Of a stretch of DNA of 64,000 bases, positions 1 through 15,700 are shown piece by piece (within the stretch, counting starts at the first letter, position 1; every line of letters begins with the position of its first letter). This DNA is from the human T2T-CHM13v2.0 reference genome, Homo sapiens. Both the position numbers and the translations under genes were made by a program. The notes under the pieces are model-generated. The model saw only the letters and a list, made by a program, of their open reading frames with translations. It was not told where the DNA came from and made no database searches. The stretch lies in the NCBI RefSeq assembly GCF_009914755.1, contig NC_060935.1. The stretch is one strand, 5' to 3'.

Positions 1-1687
<1,687 letters not shown>

Positions 1688-1953
1688 TGAATGAAAAGAA
1701 AGGTTTATCTCTGTGATGTGAATGTACACATCACAAAGAGGGTTCTCAGATAGCTTCCTTCCAGTTTATATCCAGGGATATTCGGTTTTTCACCATTGAC
1801 CTCAAAGAGCTTCCAAATGTCCGTTTGCACAAAAGACAAAAACACTGTTTGGAAACTGCTGAATCCACATAAATGTTTAACTCTGTGAGGTGAATGCAAA
1901 CATCACAAAGCAGTTTCTTAGAAAGCTTCTTTCTAATTTTTATGGGAAGATAT

Positions 1954-1970
1954 TTCCTTTTTCACCATAG
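1954..1970 (-). promoter_or_regulatory. pJalpha (A-type) box, representative of many copies in every second monomer
   Basis: TTCCTTTTTCACCATAG fits the pJalpha motif TTCCTTTTYCACCRTAG at the monomer position where B-type monomers carry the CENP-B box. Confidence 0.8.
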
Positions 1971-4801
1971 GCCTCAAAGCATTCCAAGATATCATTTCAC
2001 AGATTCTACGATAACAGTGTTTCCAACCTGCTGAATGAAAAGAAATGTTTATCTCTGTGAAATGAATGCACGCATCACAAAGCGTTTTTTCAGATTGCTT
2101 CCTTCTATTTTTTTTCCTAGGATATTCGCTTTTTTTTGCCATTGGCCTAAATGAGCTCCAGAATACACCTTCGCAGGTTCTAAAACAACAGTGGTTTCAA
2201 ACTGCTGAATCCGAAGGCAGGTTTAAGTTTATGGGATGAATGCAGACATCACAAAGCAGTTTCTGAGAAAGCTTCTTTCTAATTTTTATCAGAACATATT
2301 TCCTTTTTCAACATAGGCCTCAATGAGCTCACAAATATAACTTCACAGATTCTACCAAAACAGTGTTTCCAGAGTGCTGAAAGAAAAGAACTTTTTATCC
2401 CTATGAGGTGAATGCACCCATCACAAAGTGGTTTCTCAAATAGCTTTCTTCTAGTTTTTATCTGGGGATATTCACTTTTTAGCCATTGGACTCAATGAGT
2501 TCCCCAATGTCCATTCACAGAATGGACAAAAACAGTGTTTGCAATCTGCTGAATCCACAGAAAACTTTAACACCGTGAGATGAATGCACAAATCACAAAG
2601 CAGTTTCTCAGAAAGCTTCTTTCTAGTTTTTAATCTGAAGATATTTCCTTTTTCACCATAGGCCTCAATGCACTCCCAGACATCCCTTTGCAGATTTTAT
2701 GAAAACAGTGTTTCCAAATTCCTGAATGAAAAGAAAAGTTTAACTCTGCGAGATGAATGCACACATCACAAAGCTTTTTCTCAAACATCTTCCCTCTAGT
2801 TTTTATCCTGGGTAATTTGCTTTTTTGCCATTGGCCTCAATGAGCTTCAAAATGTCCATTTTCAGAATGGACAAAAACATTATTTGAAAACTGATTAATC
2901 CATAGAAAGTTTGAACTCTGTGAGATGAATGCACACATCACAAAGCAATTTATCAGAAAGCTTCTTTCTAGCTTTTATCTGAAGTTATTTCCTTTTTCAC
3001 AATAGGCCTCTAGGCACTCAAAACTATACCTTTGCAGATTCTACAGAAACAATGTTTCCAAACTGCTGAATGATAAGAATGTGTTAACTCTGAGACCTAA
3101 ATGCACACATCACAAAACGGTTTTTCAGATAGCTTTCTTCTAGTTTTTATATTGGGATATTCTGTTTTCCCGTTTGGCCTCATTAAGCTCCCATACATCT
3201 ATTCTCAGATTCTACAACAAGCCTGTTTCCAAATTGCTGAATACAAAAAAGTTTTAACTCTGTGAGGTGAATGTACACATCCCAAAGCTGTTTCTCAGAA
3301 AGCTTCTTTCTAGTTTTTTTTCTGGAAATTTTTTTTTTTCACTGTAGGCCTCAATGCACTCCCAAATATCTCTTCATGGAGTCTGCCAAAACAGTGTTTC
3401 CAGATTGCTGAATGAAAAGAAAGTTTTAACTATTCCAGCTGAATGCTCAGATCACAAAGCAGTATCTTAGATAGCTTCCTTCAAGTTTTTATCATGAGAT
3501 ATTTGCTTTATCGCCATTGGCATCAATGAGCTCCCAAATATCCCTTCATAGATTCTACAAAAACGTGTTTTCAAACTGCTGAAACCAAAGAAAGGTTTAA
3601 CTCTGTGAGACGAATGCCCACATCACAACGTAGTTTCTCAGGAAGCATCTTTCTAGTTTTTGTCTGAAGATATTCCTTTTTTACCCTAGGCCTCTATGCA
3701 CTCCTAGATGTCCCTTTGCCAATTCTACCAAAATACTGTAACCAGACTACTGAACGAAAAGAAAGGTTTGACTCTGGGAGGTGAATGCACACATCACAAA
3801 GCGGTTTCTCAGTCAGCTTCCTTTTAGTTTTTATCCTGGGATATTCGCTTTTTTGCCATTAGCCTCAATGAGCTACCAAATGTCAATTTGCACAATGGAC
3901 AAAAACAGTGTTTGCAAGTGGCTGAATCCACAGAAAGTTTTAATTCCATGAGGTGAAAATACACATCACAAAGAAGTTTCTCAGAAATATTGTTTCTAGT
4001 TTTTTTTCTGAAGATATTTCCTTTTTCACCTTAGGCCTCAATGCACTCCCAGACATCCCTTCACAGATTCTACAAAAACACTGTTTTCAAACTGCTGAAT
4101 GAAAAGAAAGATTTAACTCTGCGAGATGGATGCACACATCACAATGTGGTTTCTCAAATAGCTTTCTTCCAGTTTTTATCCTGGGATGTTCTCTTTGTCA
4201 CCATTGGCCTAAATGAGCTCCCAAATGTCCCTTTGCACATTCTACAACAACAGTGATTCCAAATTGTTGAATCCAAAGAAAGGTTTAAATCTGTGAGATG
4301 AATGGACACAGCACAAAGCAGTTTCTGAGAAAGCTTCTTTCTAGTTTTTTTCTGAAGCTATTTCCTTTTTCACCATAGGCCTTAAGGTACTCCCAGTTAT
4401 CCCTTTCAGATTCTATGCATACAGTGTTTCCAAACGGCTCAATAAAAGCAAGGTTTAGCTCTGTGAGATGAACACATACATCAGAAAGCGGTTTCTCATA
4501 TAGCTTCCTTCTAGTTTTTATCTTGGGATATTCGCTTTTTTTGCCATTGACCTCAATGAGCTCCCAAATATCCATTCGCAGAATGGACCAAACAGTGTTT
4601 ACTAACTGCTGAATCCACAGAAAGGTTTAACTCTGTGAGTTGAATGTACAAATCACAAAGCAGTTTCTCAGAAAGCTTCCATCTAGTGTTTATGTGAAGA
4701 CGTTTCCTTTTTCACCATAGACCTCAATTTGCTCCCAGATATCTCTTCACAGATTCTACAAAAACAGTGTCTCCAAACTGCTGAATGAAAAGAAAGGTTT
4801 A

Positions 4802-5017
4802 TGTTCCCCTTCCTGTTTCCATGTGTTCTCGTTGTTCAATTCCCACCTATGGTTGTGGAGGGGGGAGGGATAGCATTAGGAGATATACCTAATGTTAAAT
4901 GAAGAGTTAATGGGTGCAGCACACCAACAGGGCACATGTATACATATGTGACAAACCTGCACCTTGTGCCCATGTGCCCTAAAACATAAAGCATAATCAA
5001 AAAGGAAAAGAAAAAAA
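4802..5017 (+). mobile_element. Very short (~215 bp) L1PA4-like LINE-1 3' end with a ~50-bp 5' inversion and a 15-bp TSD
   Basis: 4801-4851 is antisense to CATAGGTGGGAATTGAACAA..GAGAACACATGG..CAGGAAGGGGAACAT. 4852-4997 is sense 3'UTR (GGGATAGCATTAGGAGATATACCTAATGTTAAATGA...), followed by an A-rich tail. TSD GAAAAGAAAGGTTTA at 4787-4801 and 5018-5032. The subfamily call rests on recalled 3'UTR diagnostics. Confidence 0.93.
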
Positions 5018-8000
5018 GAAAAGAAAGGTTTAACTCTGTGAGATGAATGCCCACATAACAAAGCAGTTTCTCTGAAAGCTACTTTCTTGTTTTTATCTGA
5101 AGATATGTCATTTTTCACCATAGGCCAGAAGGAGCTCCCAAATATCCCTTCATCCATTCTGCCAAAATACTCTTTCCAGACTGCTGAATTTAAAGAAAAT
5201 TTTATCTCTGTGAGATCAATGCACACATCACAAAGCAGTTTCTCAAATAACTCCCTTCTAGAATTTATCATGGGATATTCACTTTTTCCCCATTGATCTG
5301 AAATAATTCCCAAATGTCCATTCACAGAACGGACAAAAACAGTGTTTGCAAACTACTGAATCACAGAAAATTTGAACCCTGTGAGATAAATGGACACAAC
5401 ACAATGCAGTTTCTCAGAAAGTGTCTTTCAGTTTTTTATCCGAAGATATTTTTTTTCACCATAGGCCTCAAAACACTCCCAGATATTCCTTTTCAGATTC
5501 TTCAAAAAAAAGTGTTTCAAAAGTCCTGAATGAAAAGAAAGGTTTAACTCTGAGAGATGAATGCACATATCACAAAGCGGCTTCTCAAATAGCTTCCCTC
5601 TAGTTTTTATCCTGGGATATTTGCGTTTTTGCCATTGGCTTCAATGAACTTCAAAATATCCATTTTTAGAATGGACAAAAACAGTTTTTGCAAACTGCTT
5701 AATCCGTAGAAAAGTTGAACTCTGTGAGATGAATGCACAGATCACAAAGCAGTTTCTCAGAAAGATTCTTTGTAGTTTTTATCTGAAGATATATCCTTTT
5801 TTCACTGTAGGCCTCTATGTACTCCAATATATACCTTTGCAGATTGAAGAAAAGCAACGTTACCAAACTGGTGAATGAAAAGAATGTTTCAATTCTGATA
5901 GAAGAATGCACACATCACCAAGCGATTTCTCAAATATCTTCCTTCTAGTTTTTACTCTGGGATAGTCCATTTCTCTCCTTTGGCCCCATTAAGCTTCCAA
6001 ATTTCCCTTTGCAGATTTTAAAACACCGGTGTTTTCAAACTGCTGAATGGAAAGAAAGGTTTAACTCTGTGAGATGAAGGCACACATCACAAAGTAGTTT
6101 CTCAGAAACATTCTTTCTAGTTTTTATCTGAAGATATTTCCTTTTTCATCATTGGCCTCAATGCACTCCCAGATATCCCTTCGCAGATTCTACTAAAACA
6201 GTGTTTCCAAACTGCTGAATGAAAAGAAAGGTTTAACTCTGCTAGATGAATGCACACATCACAAAGCAGTTTCTCAGATTGATTTCTTCTAGTTTTTTTC
6301 CTGGGATATTTGATTTTTCACCATTGGCCTCAATTAGCTCCCAAATATCCCTTTGCAGATTCTACAACAACAACGTTTTCAAACTGCTGAATACAAAGAA
6401 AGGTTTAACTCTGTGAGATTAATGCACACATCACAATGCAGTTTCTCAGAGAGCTTCTTTCTATTTGTTATCTGAAGATATTTCCTTTTCACCATAGGCC
6501 TCATTGCGCACCTAAATATTCCTTCACAGATTCTGTCAAAACAGTGTTTCTGGACTGCCGAATGAAAAGAAAGTTTTATCTGTGTGAGATGAATGCACAC
6601 ATCACAAAGCAGTTTCTTAAGTAGCTTCCCTCTAGATTTTATCCTGGGATATTCGCTTTTTTTGCCTTTGATCTGAAATAACTCTCAAATGTCCATTCAC
6701 AGAACAGACAAAAGCAGTGAATGCAACCTACTGAACCCACAGAAAGTTTGAACTCTGTGAGATGAATACACATCAAAATTCAATTTCTCAGAAAGCTTCT
6801 TTCTATTTTTTATCTGAAAATATTTCCTTTTTAACTGTAGGCCTCCATGTGCTCCCAGATATCCCTCTGCAGAATCTACAAAAACACTGTTTCCAAAGTC
6901 CTGAAAGAAAATAAAATTTTAACTCTATGAGACGAATGCACAAATCACAAAGCAGTTTCTCAAATAGCTTCCCTCTAGTTTCATCCTGGGATATATGCTT
7001 TTTGCCATTGGCCTCGATGAGCTTAAAATGTTCAATTTCTGAGTGCACAGAAACATTGTTTGCAAACTGCTTAATCCACTGAAATGTTGAACTCCTTTAG
7101 ATGAATGCACACATCACAAAGCAGTTTATCAGAAAGATTCTTTGTAGGTTTTATCTGAAGATATATCCTTTTTCACCATAGTCCAATGTGCTCTCCAAAA
7201 TATACCTTCAAAGATTCTACAAAAACAATGTTCCCAAACTGTTGAAGTAAAGGATGCTTTAACTCTCAGAGATGAATTCACATATCACAAAGCAGTTTCT
7301 AAGATAGCTTCCTTCTACTTTTTATCCTGGGATATTTGCTTTTTCGCCATTGGCCTCAATGAGCTCCCTAATGTACATTTGCAGAATGGACAAAAACAGT
7401 GTCGCCAAAGTGCAGAATCCAAAGAAAGGTTTAACTCTGTGAGATAAATGCACACATCCCAAAGCAATTTCTAATTAAGCTTCTTTCTAGTTTTTATCTG
7501 AAGATATTTCCTTTTTCACCATAGGCCTCAATGGGCTACCAAATATCTCTTCGCAGATGCTAGGCAAACAGTGTTTCCAAACTGCAGAATGAAAAGAAAG
7601 TTTTAACTCTGTGAGAAGAATGCACACATCACTAATCGTATTCTCAGATAACTTACTTCTATTTTTTATCTTAGGATATTCACTTTTTTGCCATTGGCCT
7701 CAATGAGCTCCCAAATGTCCATTCCCAGAATAGACAAAAACAGTGTTCCCAAACTGCTGTATCAAAAGAAAGGTTTAACTCTGTGAGATGAATGAACACA
7801 TCACAAAGTAGTTTCTCAGAAAGCTTCTTGCTAGGTTTTATCTGAAGATATTTCCTTTTTCACCATAGGCCTCATTGCACTGACAAATATCATTTTGCAG
7901 TTTCTACAAAAAGAGTATTTCCAAACTGCTGAATGAAAAGAAAAGTTTAACTCTGCGAGATGAATGCACACATCACAAATCAGTTTCTCAGACAGCTTCC

Positions 8001-9786
8001 TTCTAGTTTTTATCCTGGGATATTAGCTTTTTCATCTTTGGCCTCAATGAGCTCCCAATTGTCCATTTGCAGAATGCACAAAAACAGTGTTCTAAAACTG
8101 CTGAATTCGAAGAAAGGTTTAACTCTGTGAGATGAAAGAACACATCAGAAATCAGTTTCTTATAAAGCTTCTTTTTAGTTTTTAACTGAAGATATTGCCG
8201 ATTCACCATAGCCCTCAATGCGCTACCAAATATGTTTTCACAGATGCTAAGAAAACAGTTTCCAAACTGCTGAATAAAAATAAAATTTTAACTCTGTGTT
8301 GTGAATGCACACATCCCAAACCAGTTTCTCATTAAGCTTCTTTCCAGTTTTTATCTGAAGATATTTCCTTTTCACCATAGCCCTCAGTCTCTATGAAATA
8401 TCTCTTTGCAGATTCTAAGAAATCAGTGTTTCCAAACTGCTGAAACCAAAGGAAGGTTTAACCATGTGAGATGAATGAACATGTCACAAAGCAGATTCTC
8501 AGAAAGCTTCTTTCTAGATATTATCTAAACATATTTCCATTTTCACTGTAGGCCTCCATGCACTGCCAAATATCCTTTCACAGTTTATGCATAAACAGTG
8601 TTTCCACACTGCTGAACAAAAAGAAAGGTTTAACTCTGCTAGATGAAGGTACACATCACAAAGTGCTTTCTCGGATAGCTTCCTCCTAGTTTTTATCTTG
8701 GGATACTCGTTTTTTCACCATTGGCCTTTAAGCTCCCAAATGTCCTTTCTCCAAATTGACAAAAACAGTGTTACCAAACTGCTGAATCCAAAGAAAGGTT
8801 TAACTCTCTGAGATGAATGCACACATCCAAAACCAGTTTCTCATTAAGCTTCTTTCTAGTTTTATCTGAAGATATTTCCTTTTTCACCATAGGCCTCAAT
8901 GCACTGCCAAATATCCTTTAATAGTTACTACAAAAACATTGTTTCCCAACTGCTGAATGAAAAGAAGGGTTTAACTATGCCAGATGAATGCACACATCAA
9001 AAAGTGGTTTCTTAGAGAGCTTCCTTCAGTTTTTATCCTGGGATATTCCCCTTTTTGCCATTGGCCTCATTGAGCTCCCAAATGTCCATTCACAGAATTG
9101 TCAAAAGCTGTGTTATCAAACTGCTGACTCCAAAGAAATGTTTAACTCTGTGAGATGAATGCACACATCCCAAACCTGTTTCTAATGAAGATTCTTTCTA
9201 GTTTTTATCTGAAGATATTTCCTTTTCCAGCATAGGCCTCCATACTCTTCCAAATATCTTGTCACAGATTATAAGAAAAGAGTGTTTGCAATCTGCTGAA
9301 TGAAAAGAAAGTTTTAACTGTAAGATGAATGCACACATCAGAAATGTGTTCCTTCCTGTCAGAGAAAAGTTCCAGTTTTTATCCTGGGATACTCACCTTT
9401 TTGCCATTGGCCTCTATGAGCTCCCAAATGTTCATTCACGAAATGGACAAAAACAGTGTTTCCAAACTGCTGAATCCAAACAAAGGTTTAATTCTGTGAG
9501 ACGCATGCACACATCCCAAAGCAGTTTCTCATTAAGGATCTTTCTAGTTGCTATTTGAAGATATATCCTAATTCCCATAGTCCTCAGTGTATTACCAAAT
9601 ATCACTTTGCAGATTCTAAGAAAACAGTGTTTCCAAACTGCTGAATGAAAAGAAAGGTTTAACCCTGGGAGATGAATGCACATATCACAAATCGCTTTCT
9701 CAGATAACTTCCTTCTAGTTTTTATCCTGGGATAATCTCTTTTTCAAAATTGGCATCAATGAGATCCTAAATATCCTTTTGCAGAT

Positions 9787-12700
9787 ATATTTCTTGGTGC
9801 ATTGAAGCCTATGGTGTAAAATGAAACATTTTCAGATAAAAACTAGAAAGAAGCTTAATGTGAAACTGCTTTTAGATGTGTACATTCATCTCACAGAGTT
9901 ACACTTTCTTTGGATACAGCAGTTTGGTAACACTGTTTTTGTCCATTATGTGAATGAACAGTTCAGAACTAATTGAGGACAATGGTGAAAAAGCGAATAT
10001 CGCAGGATAAAAGCTAGAAGGAAGCTATCTGAGAAACTGCTTTGTGGTGTGTGCATTCAAATCGCAGAGATAAACTTTCCTTTTTATTCAGTAGTCTGAA
10101 AACACTGTTTTGGCTGAATCCATGAAAGGATATTTGGGAGCACCTTGAGGCTTTTGGTGAAAAAGAAAATATCTTCTGATAAAAACTAGAAAGAAGCTTT
10201 CTGAGAAACAGCTTTGTGATGTGTGCATTCATCTCACAGACGTAATCATTTCTTTGGAGTCGGCAGTTTGGAAACACTGTTGTTGTAGAATCTGCGAAGG
10301 GATATTTGGGAGCTCTTTGAGGCCAATGGCAAAAAAACGAATATCCCAGGGTAAAAATTAGAAGGAAGCTATATGAGAAACACAATTGTGAGGTGTGCAT
10401 TCACCTCCCAGAATTAAAACTTTCTTTTCCTTCAGCATTCTGGAAACACTGTTTCAGCAGAATCTGCAAAGGGATATTTGGGAGCTCCTTGAGGCCTATG
10501 GTAAAAAAAAAAAATCTTCAGAAAAAAAAAACAGAAAGAAGCTTTTTGAGAAACTGCTCAGTGATGTTTGCATTCACCTCACAGAGTTAAACCTTTTTGT
10601 GGAATCAACAGTTTTCATGCACTGTTTTTGTCCATTCTGCTAATGGACATTTTGGAGCTCATTATGGCCAAAGGCAAAAAAGCAAATATCCCAGGATAAA
10701 AACTAGATGGAAGTTATTTGAGAAACAGCTTTGTGATGTGTGCCATCATCTCCCAGATTTAAAACTTTCTTTTCATCCAGCGGTCTGGAAACACTGTTTT
10801 GGCAGTATCCACGAAGGGACATTTGGGGACACATTGAGGCCTGCAGTGAAAAAGGAAATATATTCAGATAAAAACTAGAAAGAGACATGCTGAGAAAATG
10901 CTTTTTGATGTGCGCATTCATCCCACAGAGTTAAACCTTTCTGTGGATTCAGCAATTTGCAAACACGGCTTTTGACCATTCTGTGAATGAACATTTTGGA
11001 GCTCATTGAGGTCAATGGTGAAAAAGAGAATATCCCAGTATAAAAACTAGACGGAAGCTATCTGAGAAACAGCTTTGTGATGAGTGCATTCACGTCACTG
11101 AGTTAAAACTTTCTTTTCATACAACAGTCTGGAAACACTGTTTTGTTAGAATCCGTGAAGAGATCTTTGTGAGCTCATTGAGGCCTATGGTGAAAAAGGA
11201 AATATTTTCAAATAAAAACTGGAAAGAAACTTTTTGAGAAACTGCTTTGTGATGAGTGCATTCATCTCACAGAGTTCAACTTTTCTGTGGTTTAAGCAGT
11301 TTGCAAACACTGTCTTTGCCCATTATGCAAATGGACATTTGAGAGTTCTTTGAGGCCAATGGCAATAATTTATCCCAGGATAAAAACTAGAAGAAAGTTA
11401 TTTGCAAAACTGCTTTGTGATGGTGCATTCATCTCACAGAGTAAAACCTCTGTTTTCATTCAGCAGTTTGGAAACACTGTTTCATAGAATCCACTAAGGG
11501 ATACCTTGGAGTGCATTGAGGCCTACAGTATAAAAGGAAATATTTTCAGATAAAAACTAAAAATAAGCTTTTTGAGAAACTGCTTTGTGATGTGTGCATT
11601 CTTCTCATAGAGTTAAACCTTTCTTCGGATTCAGCAGTTTGGAAACACTGTTGTTGTAGAATCTGTGAAGGAATATTTGGGAGCTTAATGAGGCCAAATG
11701 GGAAAAACTGAATATCTCGGGAAAAAAACTAGAAGGAAGCTATCTACAAATCCGATATTTGATGTGTGCATTCTTCTCTCAGAGTTAAAACATTCTTTTC
11801 ATTCAGCAGTCTGGAAACACTGTTTTTGTAGATTCTGTGAAGTTATATTTGGGAGAACCTAGAGGCCTATCCTTAAAAAGAAAATAACTTCGGATAAAAA
11901 CTAAAATGAAGCTTTCTAAGAAACTGCTTTGAGATGTGTCCATTCATATCACAGAGTTCAACCTTTCTGTGGATTCAGCAGTTTGCAAACACTGTTTTTG
12001 TCCATTCTGCAAATGGACATTTGGGAGTTCGTTTAGGTCAAAGGCAAAAAAATGAATTTCCCAGGATAAAAATTAGAAAGAAGCTATTTGAGATACCACT
12101 GTGTGAAGTGTGCATTCAACTCGCAGTTAAACTTTTCTTTTCATTCAGCAGTTTGGTGATACTGTTTTCGTAGAATCTGTGAAGGGATATCTGAGAGGGC
12201 ATAGAGGCCTATGGTGAAAAATGAAATAATATCTGATAAAAACTACAAAGAAGCTTTCTGAGAAACTGCTGTGTGATGTGTACATGCATTTCACAGAGTT
12301 CAACTTTTCTGTGGATTCAGTAATGTGGAAACACTGTTTTTGTCCATTCTGAAAATGGACATTTTGGAGATCATTGAGGCCCATGGTGAAAAAGCAAATA
12401 TGCCAGGATAAAAACTAGAAGGAAGCTATCTGAGAAACCACTCTGTGATGTGTGCATTCACCTCATAGAGTTAAAACTTTCTTTTCATTCAACAGTTTGG
12501 AAACACTGTTTCGAAGAATCTGCAAAGGGATATTTTGGAATGCATTGATGCCTATGTTGTAAAAGGAAATATATTCAGATAGAAAGTATAAATAAGCTTT
12601 CTGAGAAACTGCTTTGTGATATGTGCATTCTTCTCACAGAGGTAAAACTTTCCTTGAATTCAGCAGTTTGGAAACACGGTTTGTGTCTATTCTGTGAATG

Positions 12701-15700
12701 TACACTTCAGAGCTCATTGAGGCCAAAAGTGAAAAAGTGAATATACCAGTATAAAAAAAACAGAAGAAAGCTATCTGAGAATCCGCTTTGTGATGTGTGC
12801 AATCAATTCGCAGAGCTAAACCTTCCTTTTCATTCATCAGTCTGGAAACACTGTTTTGGTAGAATCAGTGAAGGGATATTTTAAAGCTCGTAGAGGGCTA
12901 TGGTGAAAAAGGAAATATCTTCAGATAAAAACTAGAAAGAAGCTCTCTGAGAAACTGCTTTGTGATGTGTGCATTCATATAACGGAATTAAACCTTTCTT
13001 TGGATTCAATGAGAATGGGCATTTGGGAGCTCACTGAGGCCAATGGCAAAAAAAGCGAATATCACACATTAAAAACTAGAAAGAAGCTATCTGAGAAACT
13101 GCTTTGTGAAGTGTGCAATCACTTCACAGAGTTAAAATTTTCTTTTCATTGACCAGTCTGAAAACATTTTTTGGCAGAATCCATGAAGGGATATTTGGGA
13201 GTGCATTTAAGCCTATGGTAAAAAAGGAAATGTCTTCAGATAAAAACCAGACAGAAGATTTATGAGAAGTGGCTTTGTGATGTGTGCATTCGTCTCACAG
13301 AGTTAAACCTTCCTTTGGATTCAGCATTTTGGAAACACTGTTGTTGTACAGTCTGTGAAGGGATATTTAGGAGCTCACAGAGGCCAATCTAGAAAAGGCC
13401 AATATCCCAGGATAAAAACTAGAAGGAAGCTATTTGAGAAATCACTTTTGATGTGTGCATTCATCTTGCAGATTTAAACATTTCTTTTCATTTAGTAGTT
13501 TGGAAACACTGTTTTGATAGAATCAGTGAAGTGATATCTGGGAGGGCATGGAGGCCTAGGTTGGAAAAGGAAATATCAACAGATAAAAACTAGAAGGAAG
13601 ATATCTGAGAAACCACTTAGTAGTGTGTGCCTTCATCTCACAGAGTTAAACCTTTCTTTTTACCCAGCAGTTTGGAAACGCTGTTGTTGTAGAATCTGTG
13701 AAGGGATATTTGGGAGCTTAATGAGGTGAAAGGGGAAAATCCAAATATCCCAGGAAAAAACTAGAAAGAATCTACCTGAGAAATCACTTTGCGTTATGTG
13801 CATTCATCTTTCAGAGCTAAAATATTATTTTCATTCAGCAGTTTGTAAACACGGTTTTTGTAGAATCTGTGAAGTTATATTTGGGAGCACCTGGAGGCCT
13901 ATGATGAAAAAGAAAATATCTTCATATAAAAACTAGAAAGAAGCTTTCTGAGAAACTGCTTGTGATGTGTGCATTCCTCTCACAGAATTCAATGTTTCTG
14001 TTGATTGAGTAGTGGGTACACACTGTTTTTGTCCATTCTGTGAATGGAGATTTGGGAGCTCATTGAGGCCAATGGTGAAAACGCAAATATCCCAGGATAA
14101 ATAACAGAGGTAAGCTACTTGAGAAACTGGTTTGTGATGTGTGCATTCACCTCGCAGATTTAAAAGTTTCTTTTCATACAGCAGTCTGGAAACACTATTT
14201 TGGCAGAATCCAGGAAGGGATATTTGGGAGTGCATTGAGGCAAAAGGCAAAAAAGTGAACATCCCAGGATAAAAACTTGAAGGAAGCTACTTGAGAAACC
14301 AATTTTTTATGTGTGCATTCTTCTCACAGAGTTAAAACTTTCTTTTCTTTCAGCAGTTTGGAAACACTGTTCTCATAGAATCTATGAAGGGATGTCTGGG
14401 AACACATTGAGGCCCATGGTGAAAAATCAAATATCTTCAGATAAAAACTAGAAAGAAGCCTTCTGAGAAACTGCTTTGTGATGTGTGCATTCAACTCACA
14501 GAGTTAAACCTTTCTGTGAATTCCGTCTTTTGCAAACACTGTGTTTGTCGATTCTGCGAGTGGTCATTTTGGAGCTCATTGGGGCCAATGGTGAAAAAAC
14601 GAATATCTCAGGATAAAAACTAGAAGCAAGCTATCTGAGATAATGCTTTGTGATATGTGCATTCACTTCATTAAGTTAAAACCTTCTCTTCATTCAGTAG
14701 TCTGGAAGCAATGTTTTGGCAGAATCCGTGAATTAACATTTGGGTGCACATAGAGGCCTGTGGTGAAAAAGGAAATATCTTCAGATAAAAACTAGAAAGA
14801 AGCTTTCTGAGAAACTGCTTTGTGATGTGTGCATTCATCTCACAGAGTTAAACCTTCCTTTGGATTCAGCACTTTAGAAACACTGTTGTAGGGTCTGTGA
14901 AGGGATATTTGGGAGCTCATAGAGGTCAGTCTAGAAAAGACCAATATCCCAGGATAAAAACTGGAAGGATGCTATATGAGAAACTGCTTCATGATGGGTC
15001 CATTCATCTTGTATAGATAAAACGTTCTTTTCATTCAGTAGTATGGAAACATGGTTTTTGTATAATCTGTGAAGGCATATCTTGGAGCATACTGAGGACT
15101 AGGGTGAAAAAGGAAATATTGTCAGATAAAAACTAGAAAGAAGCTGCCTGAGAAACTGCTTTCTGATGTGTGCATTCAGCTCACAGAGTTAAACCTTTCT
15201 GTGGATTCACCAGTTTTCCAACACTGTTTTTGTCTCTTCTGCAAATGGAAATTTCAGAGCTAATTGAGGCCATTGGCAAAAAAGTGAATATCCCAGGATA
15301 AAAACTAGAAGGAAGATATCTGAGGAACTGCTTTGTGAGGTTTGCATTCACCTCACAGAGTTAAACTTTTCTTTTCATTCAGCAGTTTGGAAACACTGTT
15401 TTTGTCCATTCTGTGAATGGACATTTGGGAGCTCTTTGAGGTCAATGGCAAAAAAGCAAATATCCCAGGATAAAAACCAGAAGGAAGATATTTGAGAAAC
15501 AGGTTTGTGAAGTGTGCATTCATCTCACAGACTTAAACTTTTCTTTACATTTAGCAGTTTGGAAACAATGCTTTCTTAGAATCTATCTGTGAAGGGATAT
15601 CTGGGAGCACATTGAGGCCTATATTCAAAAAGGAAATACCTTCAGGTAAAAACTAGAAAGAAGTTATCTGAGAAATTGCTTTGTGTTGTGTACATTCATA

